IMG/VR virus record: IMGVR_UViG_3300024054_000362
Coordinates: 1-64,000 of that record
DNA length: 64,000 nt
Strand: one strand, 5' to 3'
Each line of letters begins with the position of its first letter. Positions within the stretch are counted from its first letter, which is position 1. The notes under the pieces were generated by a model. It made no database searches and had not been told where the DNA came from. It saw only the letters and a list, made by a program, of their open reading frames with translations. The translations under genes and the position numbers were made by a program. Positions 41,473-53,011 of this stretch are shown here, piece by piece.

Positions 41473-43343
41473 ACAAGGAAAATCTCGGACCTGCAGAAAA
41501 GATCATTCAGTCGATCCTAACTTACAGCGATCACATGATGCACAACCGCCCCGGCGCCGTGACGCCCGACGGTCGGACGAATGTCGGCGTCCGCTGGGAA
41601 CCGGTCACGCACAAGGTCGAAGACGTCAACGGCACGCCGACCAAGGTCGTCTACAAGCTGACCAAGGTCGGCAAGAAGCAGTCGAAGATCAAGCTCGGCA
41701 CGCTTCGCGCCGACGGCAAGATCATGAACGGCGCGCCGACGCCAATCGCGGAGTACCGCGACGCAGGTCTTTTCCCCGAGGTCGCGGCGTGGTTCTACCG
41801 TCAGGTCGCCGACGTATGGAAGCTCGACAACGAGTTTGCCGCGCGCTGGGCGAGCTTCGCCTTCGGCCAGGAGCACCGCGACCTCAAGGTCGTGCTGGCT
41901 GCGTTCATGCTCGTGCAGTCCCGCAAGGGAGAGCCCGTGCGCGATGCCGGCAAGGTCGTCTTCTACGACGAGGACTTCCGCGACGTCGGCGAGGCCATGA
42001 TGTTGATCCGTCGCAAGGACGACAAGGATCTCAACCCGAAGCTCCTACTACGTATCCGCGACGTACTCGCGCTGCCGGCAGTCGCGGCGATCAATCGCGA
42101 GCTGGGGTTCGGCATCTCGACGCGCAAGCCGTGCCTTGGGCGCTGGGAGGCCGTCGTCCAGAAGTGGCTACGTCACCGCGAGGAGAACCCAAGGCTCCTC
42201 GACGGCTTGGTCAAGGCAGGCTTCCGCTCTACCGTCATCGAGCTGGCGAAGCGTGTTGGCTACAAGCCCGAGACGCCAAAGTTCTTCGAGGCGCTGCGCT
42301 GGAAGCAGAAGCAGGCCGACGACGGTCGCCGTCAAATGATGATCGGCGTCGACGTCGCGAAGGCGGAGTCGTGGGCCGGCCTTTCCGAGAAGGACATCTG
42401 CGAGAAGATCACCAAGGACAAGCCGGACTGGAAGCGCATCGTCGGCATGCTGCCGTCGAGTGTCGGTGTCACGCGCGCCGTGGTCGCTGCCGCGATCGAG
42501 GCGAAGGCGCTCTCCGACCGCGACCTCATCATCGCGTCGTCGACGCTCGAAGAGCTGGGCCTCCTCGACGTCGCGTCGATCCGCGCACGCTGGGAGAAGG
42601 CGGTCAAGAACGCCGAGGACACGCGCGCCGCCAACATCGCGCGCAACGTCAAGAGCAAGGACATCAAAGAGAAGCTCGTCGAGGGCGCGGACGCGGCGGT
42701 CAAGAAGGCCGTCGAAGAGGTGGTGAAGCACCTCCGTATCTACGCCTTCATCGACAAGTCGGGATCGATGCAGCAGTCGATCGAAATGGCAAAGAGCCAC
42801 ATCGCGAAGCTCCTACAAGGCTTCCCGCTGGATCGCATCCACGTCGCGGTGTTCGATACGTCCGGGCGTGTGATCGAAATCAAGCACGCGTCCACCAAGG
42901 GCGTCGAGAACGCGTTCAAGGGCATCACCGCAGGAGGTGGTACTGAGCACGCATCCGGCATTCGCGCCCTCGAAGGCTTCAAGCCGAAGGACGACGAGGA
43001 CACGCTGTTCATCTTCGTCGGCGACGAAGCCGAGAGCAACCACAAGACGTTCGAGGGCGCCGTTCGCAACTCGGGATTGCGTCCAACCGCGTTCGGCATG
43101 CTCCGCGTCCCCGGCGAGAACGGTGACTCGGTACAGCGTACGGCCGCAAACCTCGGCATCCCGTGCTTCATGATCGACGAGAAGACCTTCGAGGACGCGT
43201 ACGCGATCCCACGGACGGTTCGAAACCTGATCGCAGCGACACCGGTCGGTCAGGTCAAGGTCGTCACGGCGGCGCAGCAGCGCATGACGCTCGTCGATCA
43301 GATTCTGAAGACGGAGCTGCTCAAGAAGCCGACGTGGGCTTGA
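41469..43343 (+). CDS. vWA-domain protein with helical TROVE/Ro60-like N-terminus
   Basis: MIDAS motif IDKSGSM, GGGT and FVGDE. Helical N-terminal region. Confidence 0.7.
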   Translation: MNKENLGPAEKIIQSILTYSDHMMHNRPGAVTPDGRTNVGVRWEPVTHKVEDVNGTPTKVVYKLTKVGKKQSKIKLGTLRADGKIMNGAPTPIAEYRDAGLFPEVAAWFYRQVADVWKLDNEFAARWASFAFGQEHRDLKVVLAAFMLVQSRKGEPVRDAGKVVFYDEDFRDVGEAMMLIRRKDDKDLNPKLLLRIRDVLALPAVAAINRELGFGISTRKPCLGRWEAVVQKWLRHREENPRLLDGLVKAGFRSTVIELAKRVGYKPETPKFFEALRWKQKQADDGRRQMMIGVDVAKAESWAGLSEKDICEKITKDKPDWKRIVGMLPSSVGVTRAVVAAAIEAKALSDRDLIIASSTLEELGLLDVASIRARWEKAVKNAEDTRAANIARNVKSKDIKEKLVEGADAAVKKAVEEVVKHLRIYAFIDKSGSMQQSIEMAKSHIAKLLQGFPLDRIHVAVFDTSGRVIEIKHASTKGVENAFKGITAGGGTEHASGIRALEGFKPKDDEDTLFIFVGDEAESNHKTFEGAVRNSGLRPTAFGMLRVPGENGDSVQRTAANLGIPCFMIDEKTFEDAYAIPRTVRNLIAATPVGQVKVVTAAQQRMTLVDQILKTELLKKPTWA

Positions 43344-43637
43344 TGAAGGTCGCTGCACAACATCACGCACGGATCGGGAAGCGCTTGCAGTTGCTTCTCG
43401 ATTACCTGAGCACGAACCAAATCGCCACACTGGAGGAGCTTCTCCAAGTTGTGTACGAGGAGGGACGCTCTCAAGGCTATCGCGAAGGCAACCCCGGCCA
43501 CGACGACGACTGAACGATTTCGCCTCGGATCGGAAGGAGCAGTGCCGCGAGGGCGGAAGGACAGCTTGCCCAGCAACCGGACGAGATAAAGAGGCGACCG
43601 ACAACTGAAACGGAGGTGATTGGGCAACGTTATTTTT

Positions 43638-43686
43638 GGATTCGAAGCTGGCGCGTCTTCAACGAGTTCGATTCTCGTCGAATCCA
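43638..43686 (+). ncRNA. Anticodon-less mini tRNA-like RNA
   Basis: GGATTCG/CGAATCC-A acceptor and ACGAG-TTCGATT-CTCGT T arm, with only a 17-nt D-like hairpin between them. Confidence 0.6.
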
Positions 43687-43699
43687 CGAAAGGTAAAGG

Positions 43700-44284
43700 G
43701 TGATGTTGAAGTTCTCGGAGCTGGATCTGCGACAGTTCGGCGACACGGTGCAACTCGTGGGTGGTGTTTGGGCTGACGACGGCAACGCCTACGTTCTCTA
43801 CTTCCCGGAGTACGTACGCGACGCTTTCGAATTCGTCGATGTCGCGATGGACCACGACGCCTGGAAGGCACTCCTTCGGCAGACCGACCTCGTCGAGACG
43901 GAGGTCTTGGCGAAGGCGAAGAACGGCGAGTTGTTCACGGCGATCTTGCGCAAGTGCGAACGCCAGATCTCACAGCAGGTCTCGTGGAACGTCTTTCGTC
44001 GCGACGGCTACCGCTGTCGTTACTGCGGCAACGACAAGGTTCCGCTCACCGTCGACCACGCCATCCTCTGGCAGAAGGGCGGCCCGTCGATCGAGGACAA
44101 CCTCGTCACGAGCTGCAAGAAGTGCAACAAGATCCGAGGCCAGACGCCGTATGTCGAGTGGCTACAGCACAAGTACTACCTCGATGTCTATCGCAACCTG
44201 ACACCAGAGGTGCGGTATCAGAACGAGATGCTCGTCGACAAGCTGACGAAGATCCCGACGATGCTTCACGTTCGGGAGCGGTGA
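43700..44284 (+). CDS. HNH endonuclease domain protein
   Basis: VFRRDGYRCRYCG..LTVDH..GG..NLVTSCKKCN. Confidence 0.85.
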   Translation: MMLKFSELDLRQFGDTVQLVGGVWADDGNAYVLYFPEYVRDAFEFVDVAMDHDAWKALLRQTDLVETEVLAKAKNGELFTAILRKCERQISQQVSWNVFRRDGYRCRYCGNDKVPLTVDHAILWQKGGPSIEDNLVTSCKKCNKIRGQTPYVEWLQHKYYLDVYRNLTPEVRYQNEMLVDKLTKIPTMLHVRER

Positions 44285-44287
44285 GCG

Positions 44288-44815
44288 ATGGGTCTCTACG
44301 CCAATGATCGCCGCGAGCTGACGCTCGTCATCGACACCGACGAGTACTCGGGCAACTTCGAGCGGCAGATGTTCGCATTCATCTTCGGACGGGACGACAC
44401 ATCCGACGGCGGAACGCGAGATCTCTCGTACTATCGCGACGTCGCGATCGAAGCGGGCGTCGTGGACATGGACGGCCTCCTCGAAGAACGCATCAACGAT
44501 CCCGGCGACGACGGATATCACTTCGCGTACGTGACCATCTGCACGACGCCAGGGTTCTTCAACGTCGACGGAGTCCACTACGAAGAGAATTCGTTCAACT
44601 GCGAACGCTTCCCTCCTGACGGACGTCACCCGGCGTTCCAAAGCGTCGGCGTCTTCTTACAACGCGAACCGACCGACGACGAGCTGAGGCTCATCAAGGC
44701 GCGCGCAAAGCTGTTCACCGACTTCCCAAGGAGGCACGCTTGGGACGCGCGTCCGAAGATCCTCGGATTTCGTCTTCTCATGTGCCAGACGCTCTGGTCT
44801 TCGAGGTCGCTGTGA
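44288..44815 (+). CDS. Hypothetical phage protein
   Basis: LVIDTDEYSGNFERQM. Confidence 0.6.
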   Translation: MGLYANDRRELTLVIDTDEYSGNFERQMFAFIFGRDDTSDGGTRDLSYYRDVAIEAGVVDMDGLLEERINDPGDDGYHFAYVTICTTPGFFNVDGVHYEENSFNCERFPPDGRHPAFQSVGVFLQREPTDDELRLIKARAKLFTDFPRRHAWDARPKILGFRLLMCQTLWSSRSL

Positions 44816-45238
44816 CTGCAGACAAGAAGAATCTCTGCGGCGGTCAGGTGCGGAACAGCGAGTACCCGTGCGACTTACCGCGCTTCCATGATGGCGGCTG
44901 CTTCAGCAACTTCGCAGCGGATCTGTACCGACGCGACCACGCGCCACCGCCACCGCCACGGAAGACGCTTGCAGAAGCATTCGCGAAGCCCCTCGACTTC
45001 GACGGCGCACAGTTCGAACTGGCGAAATGCCTCGGCCTCATGCCCAACGTGCCGTGGGATCCAGTTGGACACAAAGCACTGTTCTGGGCGAGCAACCTGT
45101 TCGGGAATCGACTGTACGACATCCTCGAAGCGCTCGTGAGAATGGGCGCCCTTCATCAGAACGACGAACGACAGTTCAAGTGGAACGACGCGTTCGATTA
45201 CCAAACGACGGCAGAAATCGAAGACGACGAGTAACTTC

Positions 45239-46192
45239 ATGAGCTGGCGCGATCTACTTCAAGCCGAGAACGAGACCATCATCCTGCCGTGGATCGGTGG
45301 TCGTGAGCTGCGTTCGCTCTCACGCACGTGGACGATCGCCGGTGATCTGCCTCGCGAGCACGGTTGGTATCGTTTCAAGATTCTCAAAGGCCGCACAGCG
45401 ACGGTCCAAGTCGGCATCGGCCCCGACGGCCTCACACACGCGACGTGTGCGCACTTCTCGAACGGCTACCTCATCGGCGATCGGTTCGCCGCTGACGACT
45501 TCTCGCCACGCTTCGGTCCTGACGGTCTTCCCATCTTCAGCTGGTTGCCGCGCGTCCACCTGATCGACAACGGTATCGACCGGTTCGCACGTATCAGCGT
45601 TGGCATGATCTATCCCGGCGGCCCGATGATCTTTGGGGTGCAACAGATGCCCCTCGGTCCCGAAGATGCTGTCCTTCGCGCCTACGAGGACCGCAAGACG
45701 ACCGTCGACGACATCAAGGGCGTCACACCAGCTCTCAACACAGCCTTCTACATGGAAACACGCCAGCGAGCCGAAGCCGAACGACGCCGAGCCGAGCTGG
45801 AGAAACGTCGCGCCGAAGAAGAAGCCAAACGCGCCGCCGAAGAACGCCGACGACAACTAGTCGAGAAGCTCGGCGACGGCGCAAGCCGACGGCAACTCGC
45901 CAAAGTCGACTTCGGCGAAGCCGCCCGCGCAGCTCTGGCGGTGGGCGGCGCGGAGTTGCTCGACTGGAAGGTCTCACGACAGGCTCGCGAGTTTACCGTC
46001 CGCTTTCGATTCGACGGTCAACGCTTCGAGTGTGTTTGCGACGAGAACCTGCACGTGCTTGATGCGGGAATTTGCTTGATCGATCATCGTACGGGCATCA
46101 AGGGTGATACGTGGTTCACTTTGGAGTCGCTGCCGGCCGTCGTTCGCGAAGCGATCGATACCGGCAAGCTCGTACGATTCAGACACGTATGA
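45239..46192 (+). CDS. Hypothetical protein, candidate E2-like component of the Ubl system
   Basis: Central coiled coil and a C-terminal domain with a single-Cys motif VLDAGICL..D..FTLESLPAVVREA. Context suggests the role. Confidence 0.5.
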   Translation: MSWRDLLQAENETIILPWIGGRELRSLSRTWTIAGDLPREHGWYRFKILKGRTATVQVGIGPDGLTHATCAHFSNGYLIGDRFAADDFSPRFGPDGLPIFSWLPRVHLIDNGIDRFARISVGMIYPGGPMIFGVQQMPLGPEDAVLRAYEDRKTTVDDIKGVTPALNTAFYMETRQRAEAERRRAELEKRRAEEEAKRAAEERRRQLVEKLGDGASRRQLAKVDFGEAARAALAVGGAELLDWKVSRQAREFTVRFRFDGQRFECVCDENLHVLDAGICLIDHRTGIKGDTWFTLESLPAVVREAIDTGKLVRFRHV

Positions 46193-47396
46193 GAACCAAG
46201 ATGAACGGCCTCGCGACCGACTTCGTTGGCGACTTCATTGAGCTGCAAGCGCCCGTGCACACATCCGAGAGGGAGCCCTCTTGGAGAACACACGCTCGCG
46301 GTCTTGTTCGTGCGGTCACGTCCGGCATCGATGGATCGTTCCTGTGGTTCTGGTTGCAAAATGGCGACGAGGTCGTTCAAGTATCGACGATGAGCAACTA
46401 CGGCGAACCGTGTCGCATCATCATCGTCACGAAAGGGAGTCAGACATGATGCCCAACTACGATCCGCACGCCGAGCGTCGCCTCTACTTCAAGCAGCTCG
46501 CAGACGCGTTTCGAAACGTCGTCGCTCGACACGCACAAAAACGTCTCGTGCCGGGATTGATCCCCGAACCTGCAAGCTCGGATAGCATCATCCCCGGCGA
46601 GGTCGTGGTCCTCAACCACGTCCTGTGGCTCTGTGATGAAGTCGATCGACTGATCCGTCTCGACCTATACGGCGAAGCCGTCGAACACATCGGCACGATC
46701 CGCGGCGTGTTGTGGACGACGGGTGTCATGTCGCTTTCAGAATCGAAAGCCCTGACGAAGGCCTGTGCGACGTGTGGCAAGCCCGGACATCGTCCACAAG
46801 ATCACGCCGGATGGAACCCCGACGAGGAAGGACACGGCTGATGAGCGTTCGCATCGGAGAAGTGAAACCGCGTCTCGACCACACCCCAACTGCTGCCATG
46901 CACGTCCAAGCCAGCCGTGCCGGCGTCGAGTTGCACTGTGATCCAAAAATCACACTCGAACCGACGGAGGCGCGCAACGCCGCCGCGTTGCTTGTCCGTG
47001 CCGCCGAAGAGGTCGAGATGATGCGCAAGCGTTTTTCGGGACAACCGTGAACGACGACCCACAACAGCTTGCACAACAGGCCGCCGAGTTTCTGCAACGC
47101 GGGCGCGAGAAGCTCCTTGCGAAGCTTGCGAGTGGCGAGACGATCAGCCTTTTCGACGCTCTTGAGTCAATCGGCGCTTTCGTCGACGAGATCTGGAACG
47201 GCGAATGGGAAGGCCCGATCTTGTTTCACGACGTTCGCGGCAAGCAGGTACTGATCCTCGTCCAAACTACCGACCACGACGCGTTCGCCGCCTGGCGCGA
47301 AGCGCACAAAAACTTCTCCGGGGAAGAACTGCAAGACTTCGCTCGGCAGGCGCTCATCGCCATGGTCTCGCGTCCAATCGACCCGAAGGACTTCGC

Positions 47397-48065
47397 GTGA
47401 ACGACGACTCCAACCAGTGGACTGACGAGCGCGTCGCCGAGCAGTTCAAGCTCGAAGTCCGTCAGCGTTTCGAAGAAGAGAACGCTCGATGGCGCGCTCG
47501 CGAGACCGCAGATCTCGATCGTCTGGCCAAGGCACCCGACTGGGAAGATCGCATGCGCAACCCGAACTTCGCTGCAGGCATGGCCGTCCGCGACAGCTTC
47601 TTCTGGGACATCTACAGTTCATCGACGATCAACTACGAATACAACTCCGTCCAGGTTGTCTTGCCCAACGGCTTCGCGATCTACGCCGACTTCGTTGACA
47701 TGTTCGGTCGCACTTCTGTCGGATGGGGAACCCCGAGCGTCGGCGGCAAGATCATCGACGGTGAATCGTACACCGTCATCGATGTTCTGCTCGTCGACTA
47801 CTGGGACGACAAGCGTGCCGCCGCGTGGCCCGAACGACAAAGGACGTTCCTGATGGGACTCACACAAATCCAGAAGCTCAAGTTGAGCATGGAGATCTTC
47901 GATCGGTACCTGGAGCCTGGTGTCAACGACGGCGGCGTACTGCCGTGCGCCAACGAGTTGCACGTCGTTGGTGTTCACTGCGCGGCGCTTGGTGGCGATG
48001 ACCGTGCGAAGCTCGAAGCGATGGGTTGGGAGTGGGACGACCGCGTCTGGAAGCTGCCCCTATGA
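47397..48065 (+). CDS. Hypothetical protein
   Basis: GTG overlap with the upstream stop. Protein-like composition. Confidence 0.55.
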   Translation: MNDDSNQWTDERVAEQFKLEVRQRFEEENARWRARETADLDRLAKAPDWEDRMRNPNFAAGMAVRDSFFWDIYSSSTINYEYNSVQVVLPNGFAIYADFVDMFGRTSVGWGTPSVGGKIIDGESYTVIDVLLVDYWDDKRAAAWPERQRTFLMGLTQIQKLKLSMEIFDRYLEPGVNDGGVLPCANELHVVGVHCAALGGDDRAKLEAMGWEWDDRVWKLPL

Positions 48066-48500
48066 ACCTGACGCCCGTCGAACTGGAGGGCCTACGCGTG
48101 ATCACCAAGGCACATCTCGGAGAGCTGCACCACGCCCGCGGCTACCAAGGCGTCGCCGATGGCGAGCTTCGTCGACAAATCGATCTTTACGAAGGCGTCC
48201 TGACCAAGATCAAGAACGCGCTCGCTGGGAAATGACACCAACCATGAAGACGCAAGCTGAGATTGATGCAGGAAACCAGTACGGTGCCTACCAACAAGGT
48301 TGGCGCGCGGGTGCGGCGTTCCGCGCGATGGATCTCAAAGCTGCCGAGCATGAGAGCTTCCTGATCCGCGACGCCTACAACCAGGGCTACACCGACGGTC
48401 GTCACGCTTACAACCAGGCGATGCACAACGCTGCGCGCAAGTACAACTACAAGATCAGCGTGCTGCGCTTGATGGACGACGCCAAATCCGAGGAGAAACC

Positions 48501-48926
48501 GTGACGCGCTACTTCATCGACACCGAGTTTTTCGACAAGGGCCCCAACGACCTCCACCTGATCTCGATCGCGCTTGTCTGCGACGACGGCCGCGAGCTGT
48601 ACCTCTGCGACAGTGAGTGGCTCTGTGCCGACGGCACACCTGACGCCGTCATGGCAGACGACTGGCTTCGTGCGAACGTCTTCCCGCACTTGCCGCACTG
48701 CAAGTGCCCTCCGCCACCCGAGCCCATCCAGGGACGTCCGTCGTGTCACCGCGGCTCCGCACCGTCATCATCTCCGCGCCATGCAGCCAGTCGCCATCGT
48801 GGATGGTCGATGCTATCGTCCGAGGACGCCTCCGCGAGTTTCGCGAGTAAGAACGCGTGTTTACTTTGCACCGAAGGCGGTCTTGCGTCAGAGGTCAGAC
48901 CCGTGCGCAAGTATCTGCCCCGATGA
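48501..48926 (+). pseudogene. Truncated DEDD 3'-5' exoribonuclease (Rv2179c-like)
   Basis: RYFIDTEF..LISIALV.DDGRELY..DWLRANVFPHL. Similarity is lost after ~48720. Confidence 0.6.
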
Positions 48927-49540
48927 TCACCGCCAAGCAGGCTACAGGAATGACGAGCCAGGACATGAACGTCGCCGTCGCAGGGAGCAAGCCGCTTGAT
49001 GATCTCTTCTCGATCATCAACGCGAAGGCATACCGCGAAGGTGACTTCACCCTGGCTTCCGGCCGCCGTAGCAGCCACTACTTCGACGGCAAAAAGGTTC
49101 TGTTCGACCAGCAAGGCTCCCGTCTGTTCGCGAGTTGGCTTCTGGAACAGTTGTGGAAGCTCGACGCCCTTCCCACCGCGATCGGGGGCCTTGAGATCGG
49201 CGCGATACCTATCGCGTGCACGACCATGGATCGCGCGACCTTCCCGCTGAAGGCATTTGTCGTGCGCAAGCAGGCGAAGCAGCACGGCACCGGGAATCTG
49301 GTCGAGGGTGACCTGAGCCCAGCCGATCGAGTGGTGGTTGTCGATGACGTGATCACGACCGGCGAATCGACTATGAAGGCGATCCGCGCGGTGAAGGAGA
49401 TCGGCGCTCAAATCATCGGCATCTACTGTCTCGTCGATCGTCAAGAAGGTCACTCGGAAGAGTTCGACTCGTACGCGGCGCTTTTCCACCCCGCGTTCAC
49501 GCTTGAAGAGTTCACCCGACGTCGTCGGGAACGCTCGTGA
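48923..49540 (+). CDS. pyrE: Orotate phosphoribosyltransferase
   Basis: FTLASGRRSSHYFD, GGLEIGAIP, VRKQAKQHG and VVVVDDVITTGES. Confidence 0.9.
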   Translation: MITAKQATGMTSQDMNVAVAGSKPLDDLFSIINAKAYREGDFTLASGRRSSHYFDGKKVLFDQQGSRLFASWLLEQLWKLDALPTAIGGLEIGAIPIACTTMDRATFPLKAFVVRKQAKQHGTGNLVEGDLSPADRVVVVDDVITTGESTMKAIRAVKEIGAQIIGIYCLVDRQEGHSEEFDSYAALFHPAFTLEEFTRRRRERS

Positions 49541-49893
49541 GTCCACGCGACCTCGCCGACACACTTCGCCGTGGCCTCGCACCCGACAACCTCGACACGG
49601 CGATCGATGCGTTCGACGTTTGGTCGGAGATCGATCCCGCAGTTGGCAGCACGATCGCAAACATCCTTCGGCAAGTTCGGGGACGTTGGGATGAACCAGT
49701 TCCGCAGGACGAATTTCGGCGCGTGACCGACGTAGTCACGCGGGCACTTGAGATCCTTCGCAAGACCGAAGAGGAGCAGGGTTATGTTCCAACGGCTGAC
49801 CTCGTCGACTTGATTCGATCGTACAGTGCTCCGTAACGTGAGCGTTCACGCTCGCGAGATCATCGACGACGACCTGATGAAAGGACTCGGCCT

Positions 49894-50304
49894 ATGATGG
49901 AAACCGGCGTCGTTATCAACACCAACGGCGAGCCTGTCTACTGGCACGAGCCCAACGGCCGTTCGTCAGGATCGCTACCCGACAGCCGCGACCTGTGGAA
50001 CGTCCTTTGGCGCGCTCACCAAGACGGCTGGCTTGCAGGCGTCGCGCACTCGCATCCAGGTTCAGGTGTTCCGCACCCATCGCACGAAGACACGACCACC
50101 TTCATCGCGATCGAGAAGGCACTCGGGCGCGCCCTCTCGTGGTGGATCACCAGCGCTGACCGACTCATCCTGATCAACCGCTCGAAGGACAGCACCTTCG
50201 GCCACATCGTGTACGCCATTCGAGAGATCGATGTCGAACGCGAGCCTGCATGGGTCGTCGAACTGCGGCGGCGGTCAGGCATCGTCGTTCCCGACCGTTT
50301 GTAG
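49894..50304 (+). CDS. JAB/MPN (JAMM) metallo-isopeptidase
   Basis: N-terminal E plus HSHPGSGVPHPSHED (HxHx7Sx2D). Confidence 0.85.
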   Translation: MMETGVVINTNGEPVYWHEPNGRSSGSLPDSRDLWNVLWRAHQDGWLAGVAHSHPGSGVPHPSHEDTTTFIAIEKALGRALSWWITSADRLILINRSKDSTFGHIVYAIREIDVEREPAWVVELRRRSGIVVPDRL

Positions 50305-50698
50305 AAAGGGTGCCGTGATCAAGTCAAGCCAGCTAAGGAGCGGATGCTATGCGAGTCGAGTCGAAGCAGCCGTTCTAAAAAACAGATTCTTGATCGTTGA
50401 TTTCGCCATCATTGCGGGTCCGGGTGCGCACGGGAGAAAATTTCGTGAACGTTTCAGAATTCCCCCCGACAACACGCCCGAGCCAACTTCAGACGACACC
50501 CCGGAAACGTTGTCGAAGGATCAGATCGCGAGGGTTTGGTTAGTAATGTTAGCCTTCGCTACCGGACTCGTAAGCGATGGAGATGTTGACGGCGGTTTTC
50601 GACCTTCCGATCTGGTCGGAAAATTTGTCTCAGCAGAGATCGTAAAAAATCGCGGGTTACTCAGACTTCACCCTCCTGATGATCCTGCCTTGTGAAGT

Positions 50699-50720
50699 AG
50701 CTCTTGACTTGTCAAGAGCT
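50699..50720. promoter_or_regulatory. Perfect inverted repeat overlapping a TTGACT -35 box upstream of the Ubl gene
   Basis: AGCTCTTGAC-TT-GTCAAGAGCT. Confidence 0.6.
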
Positions 50721-50791
50721 ACCAGCTAACCTCATCGAGAACTGTCAACTGGGGAGCAACGAACGCTCCTCTCCGTAGGATGAGGTGACGC

Positions 50792-51073
50792 ATGGCGAAC
50801 GAGCTGGTACAAGTGATCCGACCCGACGAGGCGCGCGTGAACATCACGTACGCTGGACAGAACGGCGATCTGCCGCAACCTGTGTTTTTCGAATCGGCCG
50901 ACGGTGACGTCAAGGCCTGGGTGACCGAAGCCGTCCGTAACGGCGGCGTCCCCGGCATCCGTCGTGACGAAGCGGCGAGGTTCGACGACTTCGTGGTCGA
51001 TCGATTCCCGCCGAACGAGCAGTACACGTACAACCGGATCCAGGTCCGTCCCAAGACGGCGTTCGGTCGGTAG
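50792..51073 (+). CDS. Putative ubiquitin-like (beta-grasp) protein
   Basis: 93 aa with a strand-strand-helix-strand pattern, ending RIQVRPKTAFG-R. RBS GAGG. Flanked by the JAB and ThiF genes. Confidence 0.55.
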   Translation: MANELVQVIRPDEARVNITYAGQNGDLPQPVFFESADGDVKAWVTEAVRNGGVPGIRRDEAARFDDFVVDRFPPNEQYTYNRIQVRPKTAFGR

Positions 51074-52264
51074 CAATCCGTGTCCGACGATGCCCCCGAT
51101 AACGCCCATGGTTGGCAGGTACGCAGCGTTGCTGAGATGGCCGATGAGTTGGACGCCGAGCACCGTGCCGAGGTGCGCGCCCTCATCGAAGGTAAAGGTA
51201 GGTGGCAACTCCTTCCAGATGATTGCGCACTGGTCTTCCAGGGGAACTCCCAGAGCAAACACGATCGGCGACACGCCGGATACTGGATCCAGCTCGACGA
51301 GGTTTTGACTTCGTCTCAAATGTTGGACTGGATTTTCCAAATCGGGCGCAAGAGTTGGGGACGTGGTGCAGCCGTGGCTGAACTGATCGAGGCATTTCAA
51401 CTGACACTCAACCCACAAGGCACACTCTGTTCGTGTGGCGCATCCAAACAACTCACAGCCGAACAGGTACGCGCGCTCATCAAAAAACTTGCCAAACTCG
51501 GGGAGCCGCTAGTATGACTCCAAGCGAACAACTTTTGGGCGACGGTCGTGCTCTCCAGGACGTCCTGAACGCCGTCTACCACGGCGCCGTTCAGGAGTGC
51601 GAAGGCCGCGAACACGCCGGCCACACGATCGGAAACGGTCATCACATGGCCCAGACGATCGTGAAGAACGTCGAAGACGAGCTGCTTCGACGCGGTCTCT
51701 TCGTGAAGGAACACGATACGTCACCTCACGAAGAGCGTGCACAGAAGTTCCTCGCCGAGGTCCACAAGATCTTCGTCGAGACCATCAAGATGTCGACCGA
51801 AGCCGACGCTGCAGTCTTCAAGCGCGTCGTCTACGGGCTCACGAGCACGCTGCGCGATCTGTTTCGCGATGGTGCCTATGCCGCCCGAGAAGAGTTGAAG
51901 GCTACGCTGCGTGAGCGCTTCGGCGCACTGCTCAACGGGCTGTGAACCGTGATCTACCACGGCGTCGTCGTCCACTGTGACTGCCGAACGCTCTGGGGGA
52001 CGCTGTTGTTCGCGCCCGACGATGACGGCCGCGCAATCATCGACGCCATCTCGGCGGCCACAATCGCCCAAGCTTCTCGCGTCGCCAAAAGGCTACGCCG
52101 CGACAACCGTGGCGTCATCGCCGAGCTTCCGTTTCATTCCACCGCAGTCGAAGGCGGTGGAGGGACCTTTGTCTCAACGCCGGGGGACCTCGTCCAGGTG
52201 ATTCTCAACGCAGACTATCGTCTCGTTGGGGTACGCTACTCATCAAGGAGCTAGGAGAATCAAC

Positions 52265-53011
52265 ATGCAGAAATGGATTTGGGGATCGATTCTGTGTGCC
52301 TGTCTCGTCGCGTGCTACGGGTCGACGCGCAACCCGGAAGCGTGCTGCGAGACCATCGAGGAGTGCATGCGGCTCGGAACACCCGACGCGATCCTCTGTG
52401 AGGTCGGCGCGTGCGTGAACTTCAAGTGCGTCGAGAACACGAACGCCTGTGACAGCGCCGACGATTGCGAGACCTTGTTGTGCGTGAACGGTACGTGCAT
52501 GCCGCCAGAGCCGCCACCTGTCGATGCGCCTCCTGAAATTGCCGCATTCGACATCGCGTACCCGAACGTATGGCGGCGATCTGATTTTCTGATCGACCCA
52601 TTCTCGTTGTGCATGATGATCGTCAACACGACTGACGTGCCGCTCAACTTGTCGTCGCTCGCGATCAAGAGCATCGCCGACGATCATCCCGTCGCCAACG
52701 TCCGGCTAGTCATCAAACCGGACCTGAACATCACCATCCAACCACACAAGGCAGGCGGTTTCGCGAACGGCCTCTGCGGCGAAAAGCTCGTCGACTCGGG
52801 GTTGGTGTCGGAAACACGCGTCGATACGATGACGAGCTACGTCGACTACGAAATTCAAGACGCGCCCGCCGGCACGTACGACATCACGACGAACGCTGTC
52901 TTCACCCTCGACAACGTCGACGTCCCCGTCCAGTTCGTCACCCACATCGTGGCGGGACCGGTCGTCTATGCCGATCCTGAACAAGCCACGCGCGTGAAGT
53001 TGACCCGCTGA
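52265..53011 (+). CDS. Cys-rich lipoprotein
   Basis: Lipobox-like LVAC and Cys-rich repeats. Confidence 0.65.
   Translation: MQKWIWGSILCACLVACYGSTRNPEACCETIEECMRLGTPDAILCEVGACVNFKCVENTNACDSADDCETLLCVNGTCMPPEPPPVDAPPEIAAFDIAYPNVWRRSDFLIDPFSLCMMIVNTTDVPLNLSSLAIKSIADDHPVANVRLVIKPDLNITIQPHKAGGFANGLCGEKLVDSGLVSETRVDTMTSYVDYEIQDAPAGTYDITTNAVFTLDNVDVPVQFVTHIVAGPVVYADPEQATRVKLTR

Noticed and set aside
43520-43570. SRP RNA-like GGAAGGAGCAG
   Set aside because: The stem around the GGAA tetraloop and the CAGG internal loop of helix 8 do not form. Kept only as an unclassified structured RNA.
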